64,000 nucleotides of DNA from Eledone cirrhosa (GCA_964016885.1 OZ024740.1:22196001-22260000); one strand, 5' to 3'; shown: positions 10,101 to 22,010, counted from the stretch's first letter. Numbers and translations: made by a program. Notes: generated from the letters alone by a model not told the origin.

Positions 10101-12536
10101 GGGGGCGCCGGGAGAGGCTATGGATTTCGGTCTATACCTCGACGGCCTACCGCGACTCTCGAACAGCGAGGCAAGGTTCTGCGAAAAGCCGATTTCAGCC
10201 ACTGAGATAGGGGACGCGCTGAGCCAATGCGGCAAACGCAAATCTCCAGGTCTCGACGGTCTACCCTACGAATTTTACGTAGCAATGCCGGACTTATTCT
10301 CCGGTCTCCTGGAAGCGGTCTACTGCAACTGGCAACAGAACTGGAGAATTCCCAGTTCTGTAACCGGTGGCGTGGTCACACTAATCAGGAAGGACGAGAA
10401 TAAGGGGGATGACATAGGCAACTTCCGGCCCATAACTCTGCTAAACACAGAGTTATAGATTTTGGCCAAGTTGTTGGCAAAGAGGTTGGCGCTTGTCGTC
10501 GAGAACCTGGTGGGAGAAGCGCAGACATGCGCAATCCCGACCAGGTCCATACACGACAACCTCCACCTCATGCGATACATCATAGAGAGGGTAGGGTGTA
10601 AATCCGGCATCGGTGGGGCCCTGATCAACTTGGATCAGTCTAAGGCTTTCGATAGGGTTGACCATCGTTACCTGGATGCGGTGCTCGAGGCGGCAGGCTT
10701 CGGACCCGTGTTCAGGGGCTGGATTGCTGCAATGCACAACTGCAACATCTGCTCAAGGGTCAAGGTGAAGGGCTACCTCTCGGAGCCGTTCCATATTACG
10801 CGATCCATTCGACAGGGATGCCCTCTCTCCTCCCTTCTGTACGTACTGACTCTCGAGCCACTACTGCGGAAGCTGGAGCTATTGCAGGGCATCCCTCTGG
10901 AACCGGGACTGCGGAAAGCAGCGTCGGCCTACGCTGACGACGTGACAGTAATGGTGTCGAGCGCCTCGCAAATCGAGGAAGTCGGCACCTTACTGAAGGA
11001 ATACGAAAGTCTCACAGGAGCGAAGCTGAACCGGGACAAGTCCTCGGATCGTGGAGAGGCAAGCCGATGCCTTCCGATGGCGTCGTCGGACGCTGGACGG
11101 AAGGACCGGTAAAGCTGCTCGGGGTCTGGTTTGGTCCGGACCTCCAGGTGGAGAAGAACTGGAAGGAAGTGACGGCCAAGGTCTTTGCACTCACCCAGAA
11201 GTGGGCCGAGTGCAAACTATCCTTGATAGGTCGAGCGGAGGTGGCGAACACTTTTATAGCGTCCGCCATCTATTACCGCTTGACTGTCGTGCCTTGTCCA
11301 GCCAAAACGCTCGCCAAAATGGAGCGCGCGCTCTTCCGATTCCTTTGGAAGAGGCGGGCTCCTTTGGTGAGAAGATCCATCTGCTGCCAACACCCTTCTA
11401 ACGGAGGGCTGGGGCTGCCGTGGTTGACGATGCGCAAACACGCGCTCAGGCTGCGGCATCTCTACGTATTCCTCACCGGACAACCGGTGTGGGCCCCGTT
11501 CGTGAGGCGAGCCTTCCCATGACTCGTCTCGCTGACCGAGCTGCAGTCCTGGGTCAAGCAAAGACCGAGGAAAATGGGCGACTGGCACATCGAATGTGCT
11601 CAGGCGCTCACAGCCCTCTGGCAGGCGGACCCGGTGATCAGTGGAGACTCCACTTCGTCATTCTATAGAGGGTTGGTCCGCAGCAAGTGCGACGACGCGC
11701 TCGGTGAAACTCTAGGCGTAGAGGAAGATGAACTGGCCAGTCTGTTCGGTAGGACCTTCCGCCCGGGACCGATGGACAACTTCCAAAAGTCCCTGGCCTG
11801 GCAGTGCTACCGAGGAGCTCTACCAGTTCGAGACAAGCTCTACAGACATGGGCGCCCGGGAAGGGACCCTGCAAAAAAGATCTGTCCGAGGTGCGTGCGA
11901 GACGAAGAAACCGTCACGCACGCATTCATACACTGCCCGGGCGTCACTGACCTGTGGGGCTATGTAGAACGACTATTGTCGCGGGTGGGACCAATCCAGT
12001 TGACCACCGAGTCCATTGTCATGATCAAACCGCCACCCTCCTTCAAAAACGAAGGAGAGGCGGTTTTCCTTTGTGTGATAGCTATGGCAAAAGAGGTTGT
12101 ATGGTGGACAAGGTTGAAAGGGCTGCGGTCAGACACCTTTCTCTCCGGCCAACAACTGATTCTTTTTTTCAAATACCACTTTGGAAGAAGAATCAGGATG
12201 GAGAGAGAGGTGCTGTACCCCAGCAAGTTTTATGAAAGGTGGGTGAAAGTGGCGAGAATGGCCCGAGTGAATGGGCCTTCTCTCTATATCAGCCTGTAGG
12301 TTGAGGAAAAGGAGGAGGAGAGGAAAGGAGTACAAACTCTTTGTACTCCTGGAGATGAGGGTTGCACATTTTTTTTCGGGGGTATGTGTTACCCATATAA
12401 ACTGTCTCCCTCTATTGGGGAAAATCGACTAACTTTTTAAATTCCATTTGTGATAACATTTTACACGTTTTTATTGTATGTAAACTTCCCCTTTGTATTT
12501 GTCCCCTTCTTTTGTGCCCCTGTGGCTAATAAAGAA
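7200..12536 (+). mobile_element. L1/Tx1-clade retrotransposon copy C (degenerate, distinct 5' UTR, internal deletion)
   Basis: Homologous ORF1 and ORF2 remnants; AATAAA at 12528-12533; ATCT arrays on both sides. Confidence 0.93.
7405..12299 (+). pseudogene. Disrupted ORF1-ORF2 of copy C
   Basis: Frameshift near 7820; in-frame ORF1/ORF2 fusion by deletion near 9071; frameshift in a G-run near 10100; TAG at 10456 (CAG in B and D); deletion of about 13 nt near 11043; TGA at 11520. Confidence 0.9.
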
Positions 12537-12541
12537 ATCTC

Positions 12542-12580
<39 letters not shown>
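12537..12580 (+). repeat. (ATCT)n microsatellite between copies C and D
   Basis: About 10 ATCT units. Confidence 0.98.
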
Positions 12581-12797
12581 GGGATGGACACACGCGTATA
12601 CCTTGCTGAGTAAGTTCTGTTTAAATTTCTATAGAAATTCTTGTCTGTTAACTTTAATTTTTGTACCATTTTGTAGAGGGACTGCCAGGTCAAACTTTGA
12701 TCTGGTCAGTCTCTCAAAATATTCTACGCCTTTAGGCGAAATAGTTAAACAAAAAAAAAAAGTTTTTTTCTTGTTGAAAAGTCAATATTTTTTTTAA

Positions 12798-14575
12798 ATG
12801 GCCGAAGCTTCTTCACCAAAATTCGAAGGAGGAAAGGGGAAGATAAACTTACAGCTTCCCCCTGCCACTGTCACAGTAGCAGAGGTCAAGAAGAAAGGTC
12901 AGCCAGAGGAAGAATTCTCTCCACCGACAACTTGACGTTGCCATGGCAACAACCCAAAGAACCAGCAACAGCAACAACAATGCGACGGACGAAAACAACA
13001 CCAATAACAATAACAACAACAACAAGACCAATAACGGTGACAACAACAACAATGATAACAATAACACCACCAACGACAACAACAACACAAACAAACAAAA
13101 TTTCTCCTTCGCCGAGACGACAAGGAAAACCCTCGACTATCTGCCAGTAGATATAACCAAAGCGAAGAAGCTACTGGCAGATGCGAAAAGATATATAGTG
13201 TACGGAGAAAATGGTTCATTCACAATCCATTCCCCCCCGGAACTAAAAAGCCAGAGACTCCTAAACACGGTCATGTTTAGGACAATCTCGAACAAAAGTA
13301 AAAAACCAGCTCAACCATCACAGAGTGAGATAGAGCTGGTTTTAAAAGACGTCATGAAGGACATCACCTTCATTCAGAAGGATAGACTCTACGGGAGTCT
13401 ATCCATTCTCATGAAGGACAGGGACACAGCAGTGAAACTGTCCATCAAACCAATCACATCCACCGCATACACCTTCTACCCTACGTACATGGGTAGAAGA
13501 ACACAAAAAATAAAAATCCACACCATCCTACCGATTATGGACATATGGTGGGTTTTGACAGGTTTCCTGGACCTGGAGGATGACATGCTGGTGTCCATGG
13601 GAAAGGCATCGGATGACGCGTTCAGTGGAACGAGCCTCGAACTTGTAGTTCAAATGAGGCCCGAAAGGATCGCCCAGATCCCTGAACGCGTCATACTGGA
13701 TGATCTAACCTTCATCAACATTACCGTTGAGGGTAGACGGCCCTCGTGTTACCTCTGCGGAACCAGAGGTCACCTGAGGGCTGTCTGTCCCCAACTTAAT
13801 AAGAAAACCCCAATCCTGCCTACACCACCAACAACTGCACAACCAACACAATCACCACAACTACCACTACAAAAACAACCACCACAGCTCAAACCAAAAC
13901 AAAACAATGTCCAACCCATCCCCTCCACTCAAAAAACAAAAACAATTTCCAAAACACCCGCACCGCAAACACAACCCGAAAATATACCCCTCCCCTCCAA
14001 CGCGGAAGATGACCCTAGTTCGTCGTCAGACGAGGAGGAGCACTTCCACACAATCAAAAGAAAAAAAAAGAAAACACACCTCAGACACACAAATGAAAAC
14101 AACCCCTCCCCAAAACATAACACTGACACCAACACAAAAGAGCTCACAACAACAGCAAACAAAAAACACCACCCAAAAACAAAAACATGCATACACATAC
14201 ATAAACACAAGAAACAAAAAACTGTTAAACATTGTGTACAACAACAATCTAATAAAAACACAAGGGCTTAACTTCACCCAGGCAGGGGATTTCCCCCACC
14301 TCAAAATGATTAAGGCCCCACAGGACACCTATAAAACTTTAAAAAACAATTTTAAAGAGGACGTGGCCCCCCCCCCCCCCTGCGTCGGGCCCATTAACCG
14401 CGTCCTCCTAAAAAACTACCCCACCCTCTCCCCAAACACCCACACAACTCCAAGCTCCCCAACCACACAAAACACTGATGCCCCTACACTTCCACAAACC
14501 ACCACCCCACCCAACAACCCATCCCCCACCCTAATGGAAATTGTGCAGCCCGATACCCGGGACGCAGAGAGGTAA
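12798..14575 (+). pseudogene. ORF1 of copy D with two frameshifts (near 12921 and at an A-run near 14061-14069)
   Basis: ATG 12798 gives MAEASSPKFEGGKGK; continues in frames 12943 and 13907; CYLCGTRGHLRAVC knuckle; ends RDAER-stop as in copy B. Confidence 0.85.
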
Positions 14576-14599
14576 GTGCCTTTTCTCTTCACCACCAAC

Positions 14600-17500
14600 A
14601 TGGCTATGCTAAGAGTAGGCTGTTTAAATGCGCGTGGCCTGGGCTCAACTTGGAAGCAAGCAATGCTTCTAAATGACCTCAGGTCACAACGTATAGATGT
14701 GATGGTTATTTGCGAGGCTCGGATCAGCAACGTGCGACAGCTGGCCCCCACCTTTGATGACTTTGAGATGCACGCATCTCTCTGTCAGCCCGGAGGTGGG
14801 GGTGGAGTTGTCGTTCTGCTGCAAAAACATCTGGGTCTCGCAACACAGATGGTACATTTGGACCCGGAGGGTCGACTAGTGGTTCTGGATCTTGGCAGTG
14901 GTAAAGGCGGAGCGTTTAGGTTGGTAGCCGCCTACGACCCTTTCGGGTCAATGCGGCCGGACTTCTTCCATCGTCTGGAGACTTTTCTAGGGACGTCCCG
15001 CTCCTTGCTATTAGTGGGGGACTGGAATGGTATCCTAGATGCACGCTGGGGCTACGTAGGGGCCTGTCCCGATAGAGAGGGGTGTAATGGCCTCAAAGGG
15101 TTAATCGGTCGATTTGACCTGGCCGATAGATATCGACTAGATTTTCCGACTGCGCCAACCTGGACTTGGGCAAATCGTAGCGGATCATCTAGGTCGTACC
15201 TAGATAGGTTCTTAGTTAGAATTAATAATAAGGACTTTTTAAGTTGTCCAAAAATGCGCATGGTTGGCTATTCAGACCACAAGTTAGTGACCTGCATGAT
15301 CAACCTTGACAGAACTCATAGACAGGGACCCGGTTACTGGAAGCTCAACTTGTCCTTACCGGCAAGTAAGGCTTACAGGGACCGGATTAGCACCTTAGTT
15401 AGGGAGCGGTTGACGGGCGCCATCGTCAACAGCAGGTGGTGGGGATCTCTCAAAAGAGAGATTAGAGTAGTCTCTATAGAATTTAGTAAGGAGTTAGCCT
15501 CCAATAGAAACAGGAAGGAAAGGGAGTTGGTAGATAGTGTAGAAGAGGCAATTAGAAGCGGCGACGTGGCCAGAGTGCTAGCGTCGAGAACGGCCCTGGG
15601 CCAGTTCTTCGACGCGAAACACGAAAGCTGCATCGTCCGAAGCAAAATACGTGCTCTGGGAAACGAGGGGACCAAAGCTGTTAGCTGGGCCCGCGTGACA
15701 GAAGCCAAAAGAGGGAGCAGATCCACTATCCGGTCTTTGCGAGACCAGGATGGACGGGTGATCCTTGAACCTAAGCAGATGTGCGAGGCTTTTCAAAAGC
15801 ACTTTGCCGGATTGTTCGGAAGGGGCGGGGGGCCGGTTGGGGACGTGGACTTCGGTCCATACCTCGACGGCCTGCCGTGTCTCTCGGACAGGGAGGCGAA
15901 GTCCTGCGAGGAGCCGATTTCAGCCGCTGAGATAGAGGACGTGCTGAGCCAATGCGGCAAACGCAAATCCCCGGGTCTCGATGGTCTTCCATACGAACTA
16001 TATCTAGCTATGCCGGACTTGTTCCCCGATCTCCCCGAGGCGGTCTACTGCAACTGGCAACAGAACGGGAGAATTCCCTGTGCTATGACCAAGGGCGTAG
16101 TCACGCTAGTGAGGAAGGACGAGAACAAGGGGGACGATATAAATAATTTCAGGCCCATAACTCTGCTAAATACAGAGTTACAGATTTTGGCCAAGGTGCT
16201 AGCAAAGAGGTTGGCGCTTGTCGTGGGCAACCTGGTGGGAGATGCGCAGACATGTGCTATCCCGTCCAGGTCCATCCACGATAACCTCCACCTCATGCGA
16301 TACATCATAGTGAGGGTTGGGAACGAACCCGGCTTTGGTGGGGCCCTGATCAACTTGGATCAATCTAAGGCATTCGATAGGGTCGACCATGGTTACCTGG
16401 ATGCGGTGCTAGCGGCGGCAGGCTTCGGACCCGTTTTCAGGGGCTGGATCAATGCCATGCACAGCAGCCGCATCTGCTCTAGGGTCAAGGTGAACGGCTA
16501 CCTCTCGGAGCCGTTCGAAATCGCGCGGTCCATCCGACAGGGGTGCCCTCTCTCCTCCCTTCTGTATGTAATGACTCTAGAGCCACTGCTGCGGAAGTTG
16601 GAGTTGTTGCAGGGCATCCCGTTGGAACCGGGATTGCGGAAAGCGGTGTCGGCCTACGCCGATGACGTAACAGTAATGGTGTCGACGGCCTCGGAAATCG
16701 GGGCGATCGGCACCTTACTGGAGGAGTACGAAAGGTTTACAGGGGCTAAGCTGAACCGGGACAAGTCGATCGGTCTGCAACTCGGCACGTGGAGGGGCAG
16801 ATCGATGCCCTCCGATGGCGTCGTCGGGCGCTGGACGGAGGGCCCGGTGAAGTTGCTCGGGGTCTGGTTCGGACCAGACCTCCAGGTGGAGAAGAACTGG
16901 GGTGAGCTGACGAACAGGGCGTTTGCACTGACCCAGAAGTGGGCCGAGTGCAGACTGTCCCTGAAAGGTCGGGAGGAGGTGGCGAACACTTATATAGCGT
17001 CCGTCATCTACTACCGCCTGACCGTCGTGCCTTGCCCAAGGGAAACGCTCGCCAAAATGGAGCGCGCACTCTTCCAATTCCTTTGGAAGAAGCGGGCTCC
17101 TATGGTGAGGAGATCCATCTGCTGTCAACACCCTTCGAAAGGAGGGCTGGGGATGCCGTGGCTAATGATACGTAAACACGCATTAAGGCTACGGCACCTT
17201 CAGGTATTCCTCTCCAGTCAACCGGTGTGGGCCCCGTTTGTGAGGCGAGCCTTTCCCAGACTCGTCTCACTCACCGAGCTGCAATCCTGGGTGAAGCAAA
17301 GACCGAGAAAACTGGGCGCCTGGCACACCGAGTGTGCCCAGGCGCTCACGGCTCTCTGGCAGGCGGACCCGGCTGTCAGTGGAGAATCCACCTCGTCATT
17401 CTATAGAGGGCTGGTGGTTAGCAGGTGCGACGACGCCCTCGGAGAAGCCCTAGGCATGGAGGAAGACGAACTGGCCAACCTGTTCGGTAGGACATTCAGC

Positions 17501-18037
17501 CTGGGACCCATGGATAACTTCCAGAGGTCCCTGGCCTGGCAATGCTACAGAAGGGCTCTGCCCGTTAGAGAAAGGCTCTACAGACACGGGCGCCCGGGTA
17601 GGGACCCATCGAAAAAGATCTGTCCCAGATGCGTGTGCGACGAGGAAACCGTTGCACACGCATTGGTACACTGCTCGGGCATTGCCGATCTGTGGGGCTA
17701 TGTCGAACAACTGCTGTCAAGGGTGGGACCGATCCGGTTGACCACCGAGTCTATTGTAACGATCAAGCCGCCTCCCCTCTTCAAAAACGAAGGAGAGGCG
17801 GTGTTTCAGTGCGTAATAGCCATGGCGAAAGAGGTTGTATGGTGGACGCGTCTGAAAGGACTGAGGTCAGACACCTTTCTCTCTGGCCAACAACTGGTCC
17901 GTTTCTTCCGATATCATTTCGGAAGAAGGATCAGGATGGAGAGAGAGGTGCTGCACCCCAGCCGTTTCTATGAAAGATGGGTGAAAGTGGCGAGAATGGC
18001 CCGTGTGAATGGGTCTTCACTCTACATCAGACTATAG
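14600..18037 (+). CDS. ORF2 of copy D: APE, RT and CCHC (1145 aa, intact)
   Basis: Same catalytic motifs as copy B, colinear and the same length. Confidence 0.96.
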   Translation: MAMLRVGCLNARGLGSTWKQAMLLNDLRSQRIDVMVICEARISNVRQLAPTFDDFEMHASLCQPGGGGGVVVLLQKHLGLATQMVHLDPEGRLVVLDLGSGKGGAFRLVAAYDPFGSMRPDFFHRLETFLGTSRSLLLVGDWNGILDARWGYVGACPDREGCNGLKGLIGRFDLADRYRLDFPTAPTWTWANRSGSSRSYLDRFLVRINNKDFLSCPKMRMVGYSDHKLVTCMINLDRTHRQGPGYWKLNLSLPASKAYRDRISTLVRERLTGAIVNSRWWGSLKREIRVVSIEFSKELASNRNRKERELVDSVEEAIRSGDVARVLASRTALGQFFDAKHESCIVRSKIRALGNEGTKAVSWARVTEAKRGSRSTIRSLRDQDGRVILEPKQMCEAFQKHFAGLFGRGGGPVGDVDFGPYLDGLPCLSDREAKSCEEPISAAEIEDVLSQCGKRKSPGLDGLPYELYLAMPDLFPDLPEAVYCNWQQNGRIPCAMTKGVVTLVRKDENKGDDINNFRPITLLNTELQILAKVLAKRLALVVGNLVGDAQTCAIPSRSIHDNLHLMRYIIVRVGNEPGFGGALINLDQSKAFDRVDHGYLDAVLAAAGFGPVFRGWINAMHSSRICSRVKVNGYLSEPFEIARSIRQGCPLSSLLYVMTLEPLLRKLELLQGIPLEPGLRKAVSAYADDVTVMVSTASEIGAIGTLLEEYERFTGAKLNRDKSIGLQLGTWRGRSMPSDGVVGRWTEGPVKLLGVWFGPDLQVEKNWGELTNRAFALTQKWAECRLSLKGREEVANTYIASVIYYRLTVVPCPRETLAKMERALFQFLWKKRAPMVRRSICCQHPSKGGLGMPWLMIRKHALRLRHLQVFLSSQPVWAPFVRRAFPRLVSLTELQSWVKQRPRKLGAWHTECAQALTALWQADPAVSGESTSSFYRGLVVSRCDDALGEALGMEEDELANLFGRTFSLGPMDNFQRSLAWQCYRRALPVRERLYRHGRPGRDPSKKICPRCVCDEETVAHALVHCSGIADLWGYVEQLLSRVGPIRLTTESIVTIKPPPLFKNEGEAVFQCVIAMAKEVVWWTRLKGLRSDTFLSGQQLVRFFRYHFGRRIRMEREVLHPSRFYERWVKVARMARVNGSSLYIRL

Positions 18038-18300
18038 GTGAGGAAGATGAAAGACCAAGGGAGCACCCCTTCTCTGTGCTCCTGAGGGGAAAGGGTTGCA
18101 CACTTTTCTCGGGGGTGTGTGCGACCCCCAAGGCGCCTCCTCTCTATTGAGGACTTTGTTATAAATTTTATTTTTGTTATATTTTATTTTATTTTTATAT
18201 ATTGTTATTGCCTCCTCCTTATTGAGGACGCCTTGTTTTGTAAACTCCCCCCATTGTACTTGTCCCACTTTTGATGCCCTGGTGGCAAATAAAAGAAACA

Positions 18301-18370
<70 letters not shown>
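18301..18370 (+). repeat. (ATCT)n microsatellite ending the array
   Basis: About 17 units. Confidence 0.98.
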
Positions 18371-18371
<1 letters not shown>

Positions 18372-18475
18372 TAGAAGTAGATATTTCGAAAAACGTTGCA
18401 ACCGAAGGAAAACAGGGAGACGATACTTTGGTTCGTGAAGACGTTCCCTGACATTGAGCGAAAAAAAAGCATTTT

Positions 18476-18526
18476 AGTTTTAGAAGATCCCGTTAAGGGT
18501 GAAAGCAGCGATTCTTTGCTTAAACT
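18476..18526 (+). ncRNA. Degenerate type I hammerhead-like motif in a probable Penelope-type terminal repeat
   Basis: agttt-TAGAAGA-tccc gttaa gggt-GAAA-gca..tgc-TT-aaact; stems pair but the core has two mismatches to CUGANGA; AATAAA and (TA)n lie downstream. Confidence 0.4.
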
Positions 18527-18633
18527 TTAATCTGTTCTTATAATAAATATTTGCTCTACGGTTCTTATATATATATTATATATATATAATCCTTATCGAG
18601 CCCTCTTCCGATTTTAGTCTTCATATTTATTAT

Positions 18634-18677
<44 letters not shown>

Positions 18678-19019
18678 ATAAGAGAGTATTGAAGTTTGCT
18701 TGAAGCATTGTGGAATAATAAGGTATATTTTCTTTAGGTCGTTTTGGAAGCCTCGACAATGCAGATGGGTAATTCTCCGGGTAACAAGATCCGGTGGTGG
18801 AGAGAGAGATGTAAGTGAATGTAGGTTCAGATGTATAGCGTGTAGAAAAACGTAGGAAAGAGCGTAAAGGATAAAACTAATAACACGAGATAGAGTTACC
18901 TTGGGAGAGATTTAATTGTCCCTATATATTTCGGATTCACATCCATCATTGGGTGGGGGTTGTCTGCCGGAAAGGTGCGAAACGTGTCCTCCGCTGTTCG
19001 TTGTTTTGAATATCACTTA

Positions 19020-19475
19020 ACAACTGTTTGGGTCCCGGGGGACCGCAACATCAAAGGGAATGAACTGGCGAACGCCCAGGCGAAACAAGGCTCAGCACCT
19101 ACTCAACTGGAAAGTTCAATCGAAGCCGCCACCCGACGCGCCGTCATTCGCCAGGAATTTCGCCCACCACCGATCCAGCATCAACGTCTACAATCAGTCT
19201 TTAGCTGCCACCCAAATGAGGAGAGTGAGCAAACTCTCTCCAAAGCAGATAGGAACCATCTCGTCCGCTTCCGCAGTGGACATCACACGTCATTAAGGAG
19301 ATAGCACCATTGTGCGGAGAGGAAGAAGAATCCTCCGAACATCTTTGGATGAGATGTCCGGCCTTGATGGTGGATTGTTATCACCACCAACTCGGCTCCA
19401 GCATGGATGAACTCGTGCGTCTCCCACACGCCAGTCTAGCGCTACTGAGGGTAATCCTCAGGCGCCTGCGGTAAG
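19020..19475 (+). mobile_element. 3' fragment of an RNase H-bearing LINE (I/Ingi/Nimb/R1-group-like)
   Basis: WVPGDRNIKGNELANAQAK matches the RNase H motif WVPGHxxIxGNExAD; LVRFRSGH; downstream CGEEEESSEHLWMRCP zinc-knuckle remnant; (CAA)n tail. Confidence 0.75.
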
Positions 19476-19920
19476 AAAAACAAAACAAAAAAACAACAAC
19501 AACAGCAGTAGCAACGGAAACAACAACAACAATATCAACAATAATAGCAACAACAACACCAACACCACCACCAGCAACAACAATAACAACACCAAAAATA
19601 GCAGCAGCAACACCACCACCACCACCACCAACAACAACCACAACAAGCACACCACCACCACAACAACAACAACCACCACCACCACAACAACCACCACCAC
19701 CACAACAACAACAACCACCACAACAACAACCACCACCACCACCACCACAACAACAACGACAACAACAACAACCACAACAATAACCAACACTACCACAACA
19801 ACAACAACAATCTCACCAACAACACCACCACCACCACTACCACAACAACAACCACAAAAACATCAACAACAACAACTACTACTACTACTACTACTGCTGC
19901 TACTGCTACTACTACTACAA
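19476..19920 (+). repeat. (CAA/CAC/TAC)n compound trinucleotide repeat
   Basis: Read directly; probably the expanded tail of the preceding LINE. Confidence 0.95.
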
Positions 19921-20228
19921 GCATCTCGTATTGTGTTGGCGTTTCAACATGGAACAAAACATCACAATAACGATGTTACGGTTGCTCATTAAGTGTGCAA
20001 GGGAGATAACTACGAAACTGTTTTTTTTTATTTCACACAGCAGTAATGTCCCTTACTATATTACAGAAAGCTGCATGCAAATTAAAGAAGGGTTGGGAGA
20101 AATAAGTTTTGTTTTGTTGTTTAGTGAGAAAGGCAATGCTCATGACTCCTGTCAAGACCTCTGACATTAGTGTGAGGGAGATCTTATCCGAATGATTTAA
20201 ATACAGTGGACTCCACCAACGAATGTAG

Positions 20229-20485
20229 AGGTGCGTGGCCTAGTGGTAAGGGTGTTGGACTTACATTCATAATGTCGTGGGTTCGATTCTGGGCTGGGTT
20301 GTGTGTTGTATTCTTGAGCGAAACACTTCATTTCATAGGTGCTCCAGTATACTCAACATACTCAGATAATGAGTACCATCAATAGCTGGAAGTTTAACCC
20401 TGGGATGGACTAGTGTCCTGTCCAAGGGAGAGTCTTGTTTCCTCAGTCGCTTCACGCAATGAAACCAGAATAAGCACGGGCCTGC
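20229..20485 (+). mobile_element. tRNA-derived SINE, family A
   Basis: A box TGGCCTAGTGG, B box GGTTCGATTC, conserved CTTGAGC..ACACTT..TGCTCCAGT domain; related copies near 27319, 27860-28110 (-), 29866, 47936 and 57470. Confidence 0.8.
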
Positions 20486-20972
20486 TGACAGACTTGAGAC
20501 TTTGGATTCCCGGATAAGACAGACTTTAGACTTTGGATCACCAAGGAATAGGTTGTGGGGTTAAAACGGATTAAGTCAACCACATAGCCGGTTGTAGTAT
20601 TCCTCATAAAATGTAAGAAAACAAAAATGAAACTTACACCCGTGCAAGTTTAACGGGCTTCCTATGAGGTAACCTATGAGGTTACATCTCATAGGAGGCT
20701 TCATGAGTGTTTTAATGACAAGACCACCGGTCCTATCACGAAGACCAACATAATATGCGTAACACACAACGCGGTGTCTAGTCCCAAAATCGAACCCTCG
20801 ATATCATAATCTTGAACCCACCTTAACCGAAAAAAAAAGAGTAAAAAAAACAACAACCTGAAAACAAAACAGGACTTAACTTTGGTGTTCATTCCATTAA
20901 AACCCTTAGGCCACAGACTTTCACTTCTCCAGGCCCATAAGAGGATTTAAAACATCTACTTCAAACCTACTA

Positions 20973-21160
20973 AATAATTGTTTCTACTTTTGGCACAAGG
21001 CCAGCAATTAATCCAGTGTATTACTGGTACTTTATTTTATAGACCCCGTGCGGTTGAAAGTCAAAGTTAACCTCGGCAGGTTTTGAACTCATACCGTAAA
21101 GGGCCGTAACTCTATATATCAAAGCATGGCGTCCGACCCTCTACCGATACTGCCAATCCA
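20973..21160 (-). mobile_element. tRNA-derived SINE, family B (about 185 bp)
   Basis: Reverse complement of GGATTGGCAGTATCGG..GAGTTCAAA..GGTTAACTTTG..TAAAATAAAGTACCAGTAA..GTAGAAACAATTATT; more than 10 copies in the window. Confidence 0.85.
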
Positions 21161-21354
21161 ATGTTGTTCAAGCGTTTTCAAACATCAGACAAAAGAGGAT
21201 TTATATGATGGAGTTGAAATAAACTACGTGAGAAAGATAGATAAAACTTTTCAAAATGTGGTGTAACTTAGTTGAAAGAGAGATTCTTTGGGGCTACCAG
21301 TGAAATCACCCCAGCCGCAACTTGGTGCAGTCTGCGACTAACCAAGGTTCTGTG

Positions 21355-21700
21355 CACGTCGGGCTGAGGAGGCCAAGCTCCTCAAATACCAGTCACTCTC
21401 CGATAGGTTTTCGGTTGTACCCTTGGCAGTGGAGATTTCTGGTGTCCTCGGCCCTAGGGCTACCTCCCTACTCACCACCATAGGCATTGAGCTGGCTACC
21501 TGTAGCAGTGGAAACTTCTGGTGTCCTCAGCCTTAGGGCTACCTCCCTACTCACCACCATAGGCGCTGAGCTAGCCAGACGCAGGTGTGACCCTCGCGAG
21601 CTGGAATGGCTTTACCAGCACGTCTCCCTTGCCGTCCTCCGAGGAAACGCCTTCTCCATTCTGTACGCCGGGGCTGTGGGAGGCCACCAATATGATTGAC
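21355..21700 (+). mobile_element. 3' relic of a CRE-like (restriction-like endonuclease) non-LTR retrotransposon, with an internal duplication
   Basis: AEEAKLLKY..VPLAVEISGVLGP and AVETSGVL..WLYQHVSLAVLRGNAFSIL match the C-terminal RLE region of CRE-clade elements. Confidence 0.65.
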
Positions 21701-21850
21701 TGACTTGTCATTTTATCAGTCAGATGTTTTTAGACATTACCCAGTTAATTAATGTTTTGGTAAAAGATTGGCTCAATTACCACCCAATCCCCATTCACCT
21801 ATTGTATCTATGTGCATTCATCCTTGGTCACCCCATTGTTTTTTTCCTGT

Positions 21851-22010
21851 CTTCTTCTTCTTCTTCTTCTTCTTCTTCTTTAGAAAGTCGTGGGTGCAGA
21901 GTCCTCAACACTCCTTCCAGCAGGTCCTGTCAGAAGCAACCGTCTCTACCTGATCCGACTGGATCCCCAAGCGAGACCAGAGAAGCTCATGGATGTTATC
22001 CAACCATTGT
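21851..22010 (-). mobile_element. RTE-clade LINE 3' end with (GAA)n tail
   Basis: Minus strand encodes WLDNIHELLWSRLGIQSDQVETVASDRTCW, homologous to 33295-33690; (TTC)n at 21851-21880. Confidence 0.7.

Larger units (their letters stand above)
12581..18300 (+). mobile_element. Apparently full-length L1/Tx1-clade retrotransposon, copy D
   Basis: 5' end GGGATGGACACA; 5' UTR blocks shared with copy B; AATAAA at 18288-18293; followed by (ATCT)n. Confidence 0.95.

Noticed and set aside
20229-20300. tRNA genes suggested by A/B boxes
   Set aside because: No complete cloverleaf; each continues into a repeated SINE body
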